Positions 8,161 through 18,596 of a DNA stretch of 64,000 nucleotides are shown in pieces. A program made the position numbers and the translations under genes. Every line of letters begins with the position of its first letter. The stretch's first letter is position 1. Where the stretch lies: assembly GCA_031259085.1 (NCBI GenBank), contig JAIRMA010000061.1, positions 39,773 to 103,772 of the forward strand, in the 5' to 3' direction. The DNA comes from Christensenellaceae bacterium (lineage in GTDB: Bacteria > Bacillota > Clostridia > Christensenellales > DTU072). Under the pieces are notes generated by a model that saw nothing but the letters and a program-made list of their open reading frames with translations, did not search any database and was not told the origin of the DNA.

Positions 8161-11100
8161 TAAAGCGGTTTTTTACACTACATATATATTCAATCGTTTT
8201 ATTGATTATTATATTAACAGCTTTTGCTTTCATAGGCGCTTCTGTATATGCTGCAATCAATAGCACTATAGACTTCAATGACATCTATCTTGCTGGTACT
8301 GACGTTTTTTATTTTGATTCAAATGAGTCATCCTATAGCAAAGATTATTCCGTCACTACTGCATCAACATCTGTGTCTGTCACAATTAAGCGTAATGACA
8401 AAACTAATGATCATGTGTACACAAAACTTGATTTGTTGGTGTTTTCTGACGGAATAGAGGCCACATATACTGCAACAGGTGTGACCTCTAAGCACACTAA
8501 TGTTTCCTTAAGCTCAAAAACCTACAAAAATTGCTCTATCATTGAAAATATTACATTTAAAACCACTGCATATTCAATTGCTATTTCAACACCTCCTACT
8601 AATCAAACTATTAATGTGGTTGTAATCCCACGCGCTGAATATTATTACGAGACACCTAATGCGAATGGTACTTATCAGGGGCATACTGCAGTCACACCAA
8701 ACCGGTATGTTGTAGATTTATTCGATTTAGAAATGTTGAATACAGAAGAACGCTATAATTTTTATTTAGATCCGAATGTGCCAATGCATAGACAACAATA
8801 TTATAAAAATGTTTATTTCTTAAGCGATATAATTGTTAATCGCGAGTTGATTATAAACTATCCTGGCTTTTTAAATCTACTCTTTGCTAAAATCCAGTTA
8901 TATAAGCCCTTAACTATTATGCACACATCTGAGGGAATGTATGATATAAAAACATTGGGTGGTAAGATATATAATTCCACTGAAAAATTTACTATAAATA
9001 CTCCAAAAGCTTATTATAGTGAATCTGGATCCACTGACACATCTCATACGTCTTTTATATGCACCAGTACAACAAACTTCAGTAAAACAACAAATGTGGA
9101 TTTCACAGACCCTCTTAATTCAGCGTTATTAAATGCGGCACTGTCCGATGCAGTAGTTTTTGCACAAAATCACATCCCTTTTCAATTGCTAAAAGATTTG
9201 ATTTTACCTAATGAATATCAGTCATTAGGCATTACTTACACGTATATTCTAAAGGACACCTCTCTTACCAACTTAGCTACTATTGGACATTTAGACAGAG
9301 ATCTATGGAACGCATCATCAACAACACAATACAAACTAGAAATAATCGCTAATTATGGTGGTACCAGTCTTTCAAAGACAATTGATATCGAATTAGTTGG
9401 CACTGGAATTGAGTCAATTACGTCAGCACTTGCAAATGCATATTACAATTTAGGAGTAACAACTGGCATTTTATTACCAGAGATTGATATTCAAACTGCA
9501 ACGGTTAAAAAGGATCAAAATAATAGCACAATTTTTATTTCATCTCTTAAGCAGGATTTGGAAATGACTGATTTATTAGAAACATTTATATATGAGTCTA
9601 ATTTAAGATCGGACATCTCACTTGTTTTGACTCCTGCCTCTCCAATTGATTTCCTATTTAACGATGAGCTTTATAGACGAGTTGACTTAACTTATTCAAC
9701 TACCTATCAAAAATATAGGATCTCATTTAGTAAGGATCCGTCGACTCCAGATAATGTTACATTCTATAGTCTTGATTCTATCCAGTTCTTTGCCTCTCCT
9801 CAAACGCTGTTACTGCTAGCAAGCGAGGCAGAAATGAAGGTAATCACTTATAATCTTGACTTAGATAACAATCTAAATAATAATATAGAGGCTACTTCTG
9901 CCGTTGCAAAATTTTATGTGTACGGTATTTCTTTTAAAGAACAGCAAATGTATCTAGAACGTTTCATAGAGAATAAATATGTCACATCAAAAGATCAAAT
10001 CGTAAATCTTTTAAGGGTCGATACTGCACTTGATAGAATATTTAATGGACCAACTGAGGAAGTCATCCCTTATACTTTTAATCTTAAAAGTATAACATAT
10101 AATTTTTATTGTGTTGATAGTGATGACGCAGATTATTTAGTAGATTTAAATAATACATATGATGCAAAAGCTACTTATTTTGCTACTATTATAAATAATA
10201 ATTCTCACACAATAAATCCTTCTGCGCCCCCAGGGGACGATACTTATAATTCATTTTTCATTTTTGATACAACTAATAGCACGATGGAGCTAGCCAATGA
10301 TGTTTATTTAAACATCCCTGATGGGACTTCCATGATAATAAAAATTGATCTTACTTATGAACAAAATGTTGTATTGCCACATGGAGTAGGTGACTATTCT
10401 ACTTATCGCAGATTCATAATCCCCAAAGAAGGACTTGGGGGCAATGATTCTACAAAATATTTATTAGGCGACACTTTTGCTGAATATTTTAACAATTTAG
10501 TTAATGGAATGTTAATTGATTCAACCTTAAGCCTTTTTACTGATGGCGTCGAAACTACACCAGGCACTGCGTTTATGTTAAAACCTGATTCCTCAGATGA
10601 TATAATTGGACTCAGAATGAGTATCGTCAATGATTCTGAGGTTGGAGCATACTGCAAAATTTTACAACCCGATTCAGTAAACCATCCATATTGGTGGCAA
10701 ATTGAGATTGATATAGATAAAATACCTGCATACAATTCCGTAGTCAACGTTTCTGCCGAGTTTTTTATAATAGTAAATAATGCAGAAACCCCATTGTCAG
10801 AGCAATTATATTCTTTTATAATCCCTGGCATATATAGAGTAGGTGCTTCAGCTGAATTCAAATCTACACAATTATACGAACTAATAATCTCAATCAAAGA
10901 TAATTCTAACAACTATTTGTATGGGTATTATGAATCACAACAAGGAGACAAGTACCTTTTAGTTGACTACGCTCAAAAAGATGTTGATACATTAGAAATC
11001 ACACAAGCGGCTTTAGATTCGCAACCTAGTGGGGCTGTGCCCGCTAGTGGACTTGATCTTAGTGGCATGGAATACCTTATTAATACGAAAAAATTAATAT

Positions 11101-12107
11101 TTAAAAATGTTAGAAAAATTATAAGCTTCGAGCCGTTTAATCGTATTGACACTTCAATCATAACCGAATTGACTCTTGATAATTGCAGTCTCACAGATGC
11201 TTTATTGAATCCTGCTTATTTGGCTAATTTGCAAACTCTCACGTACGTTAATTTAAATAATAACCCTAATATCACGAGGCTGTCATTACCAAGTGGCACG
11301 AAGAGTGATCCTGTATACACCCCCTATTTTTATAGGTCAGTGGAAATATTCTCTTTAGATAAAACAGGGATCCGTGAAATTCTTGACATTACAAAATATC
11401 CGTACATAACAGATTTGTATGTAAGAGATACACCTATTCCATTTTACGAGCCTCTCGTCTCTTTAAAATATTTAAAGCGTCTATACTTAGATTGGACACA
11501 GACTACAAGGAATGACAGCTTTTATTTTAACGAAAATTTACCCTCTACTTCATATGATGCAAGTGTTAATAATTATTTATACGCAAACGGTGTTGTAAAT
11601 ATTCCTGAGTATGTGACACTAATAATCAAAGGTGTGTCAATTTATTATAAACCATCGGCTGGGGTTAGTGACGCTCTCATGGCAATTGGAGAAAATGAAT
11701 TCATTCCTTATGACTTATATGAGGCCGCTATAATACTAAATAGCATCTATGTTTTTCGTCAACATTATAATTATTTAGCTTTTCCTGCTAAAGTATTTTC
11801 AAAAAACTATCAGATTGGAGGCACATCAAACGGTACTAGAACAGAAATCTATGTTAGGTATGCTATCAATAATACTCAGACCTCTGGAGCATCGTATTTG
11901 TTTACTGCAAGAGAATTTAATCATCATTCTTCGCCTACCACGACTTCTGACCCACATGCTACTACTGATACTACAACGACGGACGACGCAATAAAGTTTA
12001 GTACAACGCCAGCAAGCAATCGCCTTATTTATATAGTAGCAAAATGCACAGTAAATTCAACTACTTCTTATAAGGCTTATCCTTTAATTTGGATGGGGTT
12101 GAAATGA
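8157..12107 (+). CDS. Large secreted/surface protein with C-terminal leucine-rich repeats (internalin-like)
   Basis: 1316 aa; N-terminal signal/TM segment ending ASVYA; T/S/N/Y-rich beta-type body; LRR units LDLSGMEYLINTKKLIF, ITELTLDNCSLTD, LANLQTLTYVNLNNNPNITRL, LVSLKYLKRLYLD. Confidence 0.85.
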   Translation: MIKRFFTLHIYSIVLLIIILTAFAFIGASVYAAINSTIDFNDIYLAGTDVFYFDSNESSYSKDYSVTTASTSVSVTIKRNDKTNDHVYTKLDLLVFSDGIEATYTATGVTSKHTNVSLSSKTYKNCSIIENITFKTTAYSIAISTPPTNQTINVVVIPRAEYYYETPNANGTYQGHTAVTPNRYVVDLFDLEMLNTEERYNFYLDPNVPMHRQQYYKNVYFLSDIIVNRELIINYPGFLNLLFAKIQLYKPLTIMHTSEGMYDIKTLGGKIYNSTEKFTINTPKAYYSESGSTDTSHTSFICTSTTNFSKTTNVDFTDPLNSALLNAALSDAVVFAQNHIPFQLLKDLILPNEYQSLGITYTYILKDTSLTNLATIGHLDRDLWNASSTTQYKLEIIANYGGTSLSKTIDIELVGTGIESITSALANAYYNLGVTTGILLPEIDIQTATVKKDQNNSTIFISSLKQDLEMTDLLETFIYESNLRSDISLVLTPASPIDFLFNDELYRRVDLTYSTTYQKYRISFSKDPSTPDNVTFYSLDSIQFFASPQTLLLLASEAEMKVITYNLDLDNNLNNNIEATSAVAKFYVYGISFKEQQMYLERFIENKYVTSKDQIVNLLRVDTALDRIFNGPTEEVIPYTFNLKSITYNFYCVDSDDADYLVDLNNTYDAKATYFATIINNNSHTINPSAPPGDDTYNSFFIFDTTNSTMELANDVYLNIPDGTSMIIKIDLTYEQNVVLPHGVGDYSTYRRFIIPKEGLGGNDSTKYLLGDTFAEYFNNLVNGMLIDSTLSLFTDGVETTPGTAFMLKPDSSDDIIGLRMSIVNDSEVGAYCKILQPDSVNHPYWWQIEIDIDKIPAYNSVVNVSAEFFIIVNNAETPLSEQLYSFIIPGIYRVGASAEFKSTQLYELIISIKDNSNNYLYGYYESQQGDKYLLVDYAQKDVDTLEITQAALDSQPSGAVPASGLDLSGMEYLINTKKLIFKNVRKIISFEPFNRIDTSIITELTLDNCSLTDALLNPAYLANLQTLTYVNLNNNPNITRLSLPSGTKSDPVYTPYFYRSVEIFSLDKTGIREILDITKYPYITDLYVRDTPIPFYEPLVSLKYLKRLYLDWTQTTRNDSFYFNENLPSTSYDASVNNYLYANGVVNIPEYVTLIIKGVSIYYKPSAGVSDALMAIGENEFIPYDLYEAAIILNSIYVFRQHYNYLAFPAKVFSKNYQIGGTSNGTRTEIYVRYAINNTQTSGASYLFTAREFNHHSSPTTTSDPHATTDTTTTDDAIKFSTTPASNRLIYIVAKCTVNSTTSYKAYPLIWMGLK

Positions 12108-13243
12108 GCATGAAAGAACTTAAAAAGAAAACACTAATAACTTCTATCGTGACAATCATTCTCGTAATATTTCTATCAATCGGCGTTCTATGGGCATGGT
12201 TTTATGATGAGGAAGTAGACGGCACAATACCCCGTCAAACAGGTGATCTTTATGCCAAATTCGAATTATACTCTGGCCGTGACCATAATTTAGATGCGCG
12301 TTTAGATCCCATAAATTTGTCATATTTAGGTGTTTCTAATATCACCAGAACAACACGTCTATCGCAATTTTACAATAAAACAAACGATTATTTAACTGCT
12401 GGGGCAGATGATTCTCTTAACTCCTGGCTAAGTCTAAAGGAAGGTCGCGCAGTATCCTATAAAATGCTAGCTACAGTTCTAAAAGATTCCCCGTCTGGTG
12501 TTTTTGAACTGAATTTTTCTAATTTAGCTCACTACTTTTATCTCAATCCTCAAAACTATTTAGATATTGTCTCTTATCCTAACACATTATCTCCACTAGC
12601 TAATTATCTTAAGACCCTAGGGACTACCAATAAGGGTAATTTTTCAACACTTATTACCACGACTGCTTTTCAAGACTATCTAGGTAATAATGTTGCTAGA
12701 TTGATGTATAAGCTGATAATTGATGGCGTCAGAATATATTCAGATGAGAATGGGACTCAATTTACCGCGTTTAATACAGGATTTGAGAAAATTCTGACAA
12801 CTAGCGTTGCAACTGAATCCACAAATTTAGGGGTGCCACAATTAACAATCCCTAAAACAGAATATTATTTACATGAATTGTCACATAGTGAACCTTTTGT
12901 TCAGGATATAGTGCTTAGTAGTGAACAACTAATAGAGGTTGATTTTCATTTAGTTGCGATTGGAGAAACAGAAGCTATAGACAAATATACTAATTATTTG
13001 GCTACCGAAAAAACTTCTCTAGCTTCTCGTGCAAGCTCCTACATAAATAATATAGGCAACTTCTATGCCGTATTGAATGCCACACAAGTGAATGCACTAT
13101 CTACTATTGCAAATAACTTTATAGATGACATGTCTAATGTAGAAATTTCATATCTCTTAGGTGAAATTGTTGACGAACGCAAACTACTTTTTAATATTGA
13201 TCGAATTACTGGATCTATTAGATCTATAGTGGATGGTGTTTAA
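12104..13243 (+). CDS. Secreted protein with SipW-cognate-type signal peptide (TasA/CalY-like N-terminus)
   Basis: KKKT, hydrophobic stretch, GVLWAWFYD. Start moved to ATG 12104, which overlaps the upstream TGA (ATGA). Confidence 0.75.
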   Translation: MSMKELKKKTLITSIVTIILVIFLSIGVLWAWFYDEEVDGTIPRQTGDLYAKFELYSGRDHNLDARLDPINLSYLGVSNITRTTRLSQFYNKTNDYLTAGADDSLNSWLSLKEGRAVSYKMLATVLKDSPSGVFELNFSNLAHYFYLNPQNYLDIVSYPNTLSPLANYLKTLGTTNKGNFSTLITTTAFQDYLGNNVARLMYKLIIDGVRIYSDENGTQFTAFNTGFEKILTTSVATESTNLGVPQLTIPKTEYYLHELSHSEPFVQDIVLSSEQLIEVDFHLVAIGETEAIDKYTNYLATEKTSLASRASSYINNIGNFYAVLNATQVNALSTIANNFIDDMSNVEISYLLGEIVDERKLLFNIDRITGSIRSIVDGV

Positions 13244-14127
13244 TGGAAGCTCTAAAAAAAGAAAAACGAAAACACCTAATAAAAATGTTAGTGCCTATTT
13301 GTGCAGCTGTTTCTTTGGTTGTGATTGCTGCCATTGCGATGTCTGGGCTATATGGTTGGTTTGCTTTCAGTGATAATGCTGTTGTCAGTGAGTCCACTTT
13401 CTTTGTTAGAACCGGAAATGAGCCTAACATTCAGATTGAAGCCTTAGATGTAAATGGTAATTTACTTGAAAACCCGCCAACTGTAATTAAGCCTGGTGAC
13501 TATTTGCGCTTTCGAATAAGCTTATATAATCACACAGGGACCACTGTTAAACGTTCTCTTTTAATTAATAATTTGTTTGTGTTATATCCTACACAAAAAA
13601 CAATTGATTCAGTCCCATTTACTTTTGACAATGAGCATGTTAATACAGATGATTACTATTTCGGTACTGGGATGGTTAGATTTGATATATTTAATACAAC
13701 AAATTTCCCGAATCAGTCTAATAGATATGATTTTTTCACATCATTTATGGCCCCTGCTACAAATGCTCTACGATACTCTTTGAGAACTACATTTAACCCC
13801 TATTTTGATCCAAATGAAAATTATTTAAAGATGACAGCTCTAAGTAATGCAACAGCTAGTGAAATAATTGCACCAGAAATGAATAACGTGCTTGCTACTC
13901 CTGTGCCTTTATCGATATCTAGTATAGAGAATATTACTGCATTCTCTATACCTTCAACCGCCACTACTTATGATACAGCGGTTGTTACCTATCTCTTATT
14001 ATATTTTAACCCAGACTTCCCTAGTACTTCTTTATTTTCAAATCAACCTGTCGTTTTAAAAAATAGCAATCCGTTCTATTGGCAGGATTTAGAGATTTTT
14101 TTGAATTTTGAGGATGTTTCAGTTTAA
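13243..14127 (+). CDS. Secreted protein with SipW-cognate-type signal peptide (TasA/CalY-like N-terminus)
   Basis: KKEKRK, hydrophobic stretch, SGLYGWFAFSDN...TFFVRTGN, and IKPGD.....ISLYNHTG, resembling the TasA/CalY-family 'PGD...i.N.G' strand; TAATG coupling to the upstream gene. Confidence 0.78.
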   Translation: MEALKKEKRKHLIKMLVPICAAVSLVVIAAIAMSGLYGWFAFSDNAVVSESTFFVRTGNEPNIQIEALDVNGNLLENPPTVIKPGDYLRFRISLYNHTGTTVKRSLLINNLFVLYPTQKTIDSVPFTFDNEHVNTDDYYFGTGMVRFDIFNTTNFPNQSNRYDFFTSFMAPATNALRYSLRTTFNPYFDPNENYLKMTALSNATASEIIAPEMNNVLATPVPLSISSIENITAFSIPSTATTYDTAVVTYLLLYFNPDFPSTSLFSNQPVVLKNSNPFYWQDLEIFLNFEDVSV

Positions 14128-14300
14128 ATAGCGTATTAAAGTTTTAACCATTCTCAAGTTTTTGTAGTTTCCCTTCTTAAATTCAATTTGCTATTGCAAT
14201 ATTTACTCTTTTGTGTTAAAATATTGTAATATTTAATGAAGAGTTTTTCTGAATTTCTTTTTTTTTATAACAAAAGCATGTTGGAGGGAAACCAAAGAAT

Positions 14301-16907
14301 ATGAATTTCATTTTCCAAAAAATATCGAATGTGGCAACAGATGTTCGTGCGCATTGGAGAAGACCAGCTCCTAAGAATCATATACCATACCGTGAGATGG
14401 CAAATTATTCTATCGCAGGTCTTGGATATAACTTTATAGGCTTACTCACAACATATTTAGGCCTCGCCGCTACTAATACTTTTATAGGGTCAGTCATTGG
14501 AATTAGACCAGTTGATATTTATTATATGAATATCGCTATGTCTATTGTTAGCTCCGTGTTTTCGTTAATAAGAGGCACTATAGTTGACAATACAAAAACT
14601 AGATGGGGCAAATTTAGACCATACATCCTTTTCTTTGGACTACCAGTAATGGTCATAGATATATTGTTTGTCTTTTTGCCTTTTGACAGGTATAGCTATA
14701 CAGAGAAAATATTCTATATCTTGCTAGTGAGCGTAGGCCACGGTTTTTTAGCTCCATTCTTTACAGACACCTATGGCGATTTGAAATCCGTAATGTCACC
14801 AAACACGGAGGAGCGCACCATTTTAATTACTGTGCAAACAATGATTATGTCATTTGCACCAACTCTTACCAACTTTTTCATACCACTCCTAATGTCAAAA
14901 ATACCTGGCAATTACACAAATATTTATGCATACAGATGGATAATAGCGCCAGTCGCTGGCGTAGGGTTTTTCTTCACGCTCTTTGCGGCGTTTGGGACAA
15001 AGGAGCGCACAGTCCTACCTAAACAATATAAGCCCAAGGTGCGTCTTATTAAGGGTATTGTTCAAATATATAAAAATAAGTATTTTTGGGTTCGTAATTT
15101 GCACGGTTGGCTTGGATTCTTAGAAGGTGCCTTTGGCGCTTTGTTTGGATGGATTTTTATCTATTATTTGCAAGACATGGTAATGATGGGCGTGGTCCAA
15201 ACCATAAATGGTGTAGCGGGGGGGATTTGTATACTCATAACCCCATGGGTACTTAGGAAAATTGGAAACAGACGAATGCTACTAATGGTCAATGTCTTGA
15301 ACGTTTTATTTGTATCATTGATGTCTCTCACATTTAAACTGCCAGCCCTCTATTTCACATTCAATTGGCTGAATACATTCTTACAAATGTTCTATATGGT
15401 AGGTGATCCTGTTATGCATTGTGAGGTTAAGGATTACCAACAATACTTGTCTGGTGAGCGGTTGGATTTTGTGTTTGGATCAGCTTTAATTATAGGGACA
15501 CCTATAGGCATTTTTTCTGGGATGGTAATACCACGCGTTTATGAGTCAATGGGGCTCACTACAAATTATGATGTGTTATATGACCCAGCCGTAAGGAATG
15601 CAATGTTTAGAGTTTTGTGTTACCTATCAATAATTGGCTCTATTTTGAATTTGCTACCATTATTCTTTTATGATTTAACAGCTATAAAACATCGTAATAT
15701 CATTAAAGTGTTAAAACTTAGAGCACTTTTCGATGATTATATCTCAGAGGATGGAGTAATTCCAGCAGACGTGATCAAGCATAATGTTGAGCAGATAAAT
15801 GAAGCCAATTTGTTGACTTCACTAGAAAAGCCAAATTTAAAAGAGATAAGGAGTAATATTCTGCGGTCTGTTAAGGCCAAGGGCTCAAATTCAACTGAAA
15901 AGAAGCAGCGCTGGAAAGCAATAATACACGCATATAGTGATTTAACTAAGGCTAAGGATCTATATGATGAAATCGATACAGCAAATATTGTCTTAAACGA
16001 ATTAAACAAATTTTCGACTAAAGAATTCATTGTTAAGGCAGAATTAGCAACTGAGACTGTTAGTTTAACTTTCGATGATGTATTAAAACTAAATGATGAC
16101 CTCTTAATTGAGGCTAAAAATATTACACGTCCAAACCGAAAGGAGTTAATTAATCAAGCTAAAAAAATTCATTTTAACGAAAGTAATCTAAAAGAAATAC
16201 TAAAAGAGGTTGAGAAAAAATACAAAGAAGATGTGATGCTCAGACGATTTAAGATTAATAGGGCTCGGGGTCTCTTGAAAATGCGCGATCTTTCTATAAA
16301 ATATTATCCAGACGGATTGGTCGTACCAGACCCACAAGTCTACAAGAGCGCACAAGAAATGCCTGCTACTAATAACAAGGAGCGAAAACTTAAATTTAAT
16401 GCGCTAAAGGCTGCTGAAAAAACAATAAATCTATATCACAGAGTAGCAGAGGTTTATATAGATGCACAGCGTTTACTCAATTTGAAACGAGCGTATCTGT
16501 CATATTCTGAAATTGCTACGCGCTATGATGTGGCTTGTCTTGAAGTCGCAGAAAATGAAAGGATTCGTGTTGAGAAAGAATTGGAAGCTAAGCTTGAGAA
16601 AAAAGCAGAGCTCGACCGAATTAGAGCTGAAAAATTCGCACAGCTGTCACCTAAGCGGCAGGAATCAGTCCTAGCTAAACGCGCTAAACGCGCGGAGAAA
16701 GAGCGGCTAAAAGCTCTTGAAAAACAGAAACGTTTAGATGAGCAGGATAAAAAGGATGATCCTCACAAAGAAGAAACTGACTTACCTCTTGATAATTCAA
16801 TTGATGATAATGCAAATATAATTGAACCAGTGACCTTGCCTGTTGATCTAGAGAGCACAGAGTCTAACATAAAAGAAATTGAAGAGTCAAATGAGGAGGA
16901 AGATTAA
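14301..16907 (+). CDS. GPH-family MFS transporter with long charged C-terminal cytoplasmic extension
   Basis: DNTKTRWGKFRPY motif and DYQQYLSGERLD; TM region ends at about aa 458; remaining ~410 aa are K/E/R-rich and helical; SD GGAGGG. Confidence 0.87.
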   Translation: MNFIFQKISNVATDVRAHWRRPAPKNHIPYREMANYSIAGLGYNFIGLLTTYLGLAATNTFIGSVIGIRPVDIYYMNIAMSIVSSVFSLIRGTIVDNTKTRWGKFRPYILFFGLPVMVIDILFVFLPFDRYSYTEKIFYILLVSVGHGFLAPFFTDTYGDLKSVMSPNTEERTILITVQTMIMSFAPTLTNFFIPLLMSKIPGNYTNIYAYRWIIAPVAGVGFFFTLFAAFGTKERTVLPKQYKPKVRLIKGIVQIYKNKYFWVRNLHGWLGFLEGAFGALFGWIFIYYLQDMVMMGVVQTINGVAGGICILITPWVLRKIGNRRMLLMVNVLNVLFVSLMSLTFKLPALYFTFNWLNTFLQMFYMVGDPVMHCEVKDYQQYLSGERLDFVFGSALIIGTPIGIFSGMVIPRVYESMGLTTNYDVLYDPAVRNAMFRVLCYLSIIGSILNLLPLFFYDLTAIKHRNIIKVLKLRALFDDYISEDGVIPADVIKHNVEQINEANLLTSLEKPNLKEIRSNILRSVKAKGSNSTEKKQRWKAIIHAYSDLTKAKDLYDEIDTANIVLNELNKFSTKEFIVKAELATETVSLTFDDVLKLNDDLLIEAKNITRPNRKELINQAKKIHFNESNLKEILKEVEKKYKEDVMLRRFKINRARGLLKMRDLSIKYYPDGLVVPDPQVYKSAQEMPATNNKERKLKFNALKAAEKTINLYHRVAEVYIDAQRLLNLKRAYLSYSEIATRYDVACLEVAENERIRVEKELEAKLEKKAELDRIRAEKFAQLSPKRQESVLAKRAKRAEKERLKALEKQKRLDEQDKKDDPHKEETDLPLDNSIDDNANIIEPVTLPVDLESTESNIKEIEESNEEED

Positions 16908-17795
16908 ATGAAGAAATTAACAGTAGCTAGTGTGCTTTTAATTATTACAGTAATTATTACAGTTAATTTAACATCATGTAGTGTTGTAATTTCTACTGAA
17001 GAAGGGTTACAAGCATTTGATGAGGCTTTGAAAAATTCTCTAAACGCTGAGCTTTATTATATTAAAGAAAAAATAAACGATGACGGGACTGACCTAGACT
17101 ATCCTAAGAAGTTCGCTGAAATATTTGTAAACGTTTATGGTGAATATAAAGAAGTAGGAAATGATACAGATATTTATGCTCCTACAAAGGATGAAAATGG
17201 GAAAATTAAGGATTTTACTATTTTTATAAAAGAGACACTCGGTGAAGGTAGCGATAATGCTATGCAAAAACGCGTGCATGTGGGGAAGTCTAATTCTTCA
17301 AAAAAGGGAGAAACCTTAGATTATATCTTTAGAGAGATAATAAAGACCTCAGGTAAGGATATGGATTATTCTTTAGACCCAATGAGTGCATATGACTACT
17401 TTGAAAGTTCTGAATTTCAAGAAAACTATGCACTATCTAATTTCTTTACCGAATTATTGAGAATAAAACACTCAGATATGTTTTTTCTAGAAAAAAATGG
17501 TGCAATTAAGAATGGGGTTGGTGTTGCCTTGAAATTCAAAATTTCCGATTCTTATTTAACTGAATACAGGCAGGAATTTGGCAAAGTATCAAGGTTTAGT
17601 GGTAGTAAGTATATAAGCGTTGAGATCATAAACGAAAAAATCTCACAAATAATTGTATTCCGTGATAGCAAACTCTCAAACACGGATGTGAATATTGAGG
17701 CCGAGCCATATAGTTTAAGCATCACTTATTTAGGCCCAATAATTAACATGCCAAAATATGACAAGTCAGATTGGTACAATGATTCTCTAGCTTAA
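16908..17795 (+). CDS. Hypothetical lipoprotein
   Basis: MKK, hydrophobic stretch, LTSC lipobox; begins immediately after the MFS stop; SD GAGGAGG. Confidence 0.8.
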   Translation: MKKLTVASVLLIITVIITVNLTSCSVVISTEEGLQAFDEALKNSLNAELYYIKEKINDDGTDLDYPKKFAEIFVNVYGEYKEVGNDTDIYAPTKDENGKIKDFTIFIKETLGEGSDNAMQKRVHVGKSNSSKKGETLDYIFREIIKTSGKDMDYSLDPMSAYDYFESSEFQENYALSNFFTELLRIKHSDMFFLEKNGAIKNGVGVALKFKISDSYLTEYRQEFGKVSRFSGSKYISVEIINEKISQIIVFRDSKLSNTDVNIEAEPYSLSITYLGPIINMPKYDKSDWYNDSLA

Positions 17796-18054
17796 AAATT
17801 CAAATCCGCCCTACAGCTTGGATGTGAAATCGATTCTTTGCAATAAACTAATTTGACATAACAACTAATTTTATTCTATACTTAGATAGTAATTATTTGC
17901 AATGCAAATTGGATCGACTTTAAAAAAAAGATTTCATTCAATTCATATAGCCGTAATATTCAAAATTGAAATTCTTTATATAACAATGTTTGTTATTACT
18001 GTTATTCAAGATGCTTTTTATGTAGTGAATCTATCAAACTAAATGGAGATTAGT

Positions 18055-18501
18055 ATGAAAGTTATATTATCAAGCGACATTCAGGGACATGGAAAACGTG
18101 GGGATATAGTAGAAGTTAATGAGGGCTATGCCCGCAATTATTTATTACCTAAAAAACTTGCGATAGAAGCTACCAAATCTATTATAAATGAATATACACA
18201 AAAACTTGATCGCGAAAAGCGTTTGATTAAGGAAGAGAAGGAAAATGCTGTGGAGTTGGGCAAAGCATTAGAGGCTAATTGTCTAACAATTAAAGTAAAA
18301 TGTGGCGATGGCAAATTATATGGTAGTGTAACTACCCAAGATATCTCTAACGCATTAAAAGAATTAGGCTTTGATATAGATAAGAGAAAGATTAGTATTA
18401 AAGACACAATAAAAGCCACTGGAATGTATATCGCTGAAATTAAAATTCATAAGGATGTCAGTGTTAAAATCAAATTGGACATCATCCCTGATAAAGGTTA
18501 A
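18055..18501 (+). CDS. rplI: 50S ribosomal protein L9
   Basis: MKVILSSDIQGHGKRGDIVEVNEGYARNYLLPK, GKLYGSVT; start at ATG 18055 after SD GGAG. Confidence 0.97.
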   Translation: MKVILSSDIQGHGKRGDIVEVNEGYARNYLLPKKLAIEATKSIINEYTQKLDREKRLIKEEKENAVELGKALEANCLTIKVKCGDGKLYGSVTTQDISNALKELGFDIDKRKISIKDTIKATGMYIAEIKIHKDVSVKIKLDIIPDKG

Positions 18502-18596
18502 CTCTAGATACTAGTGATCATATTTACTAGTGTTATACTTTAATATAGTATTTATTCATCTGATTAAAATTAGGCATTTTGTGAATACTTAGCTAT

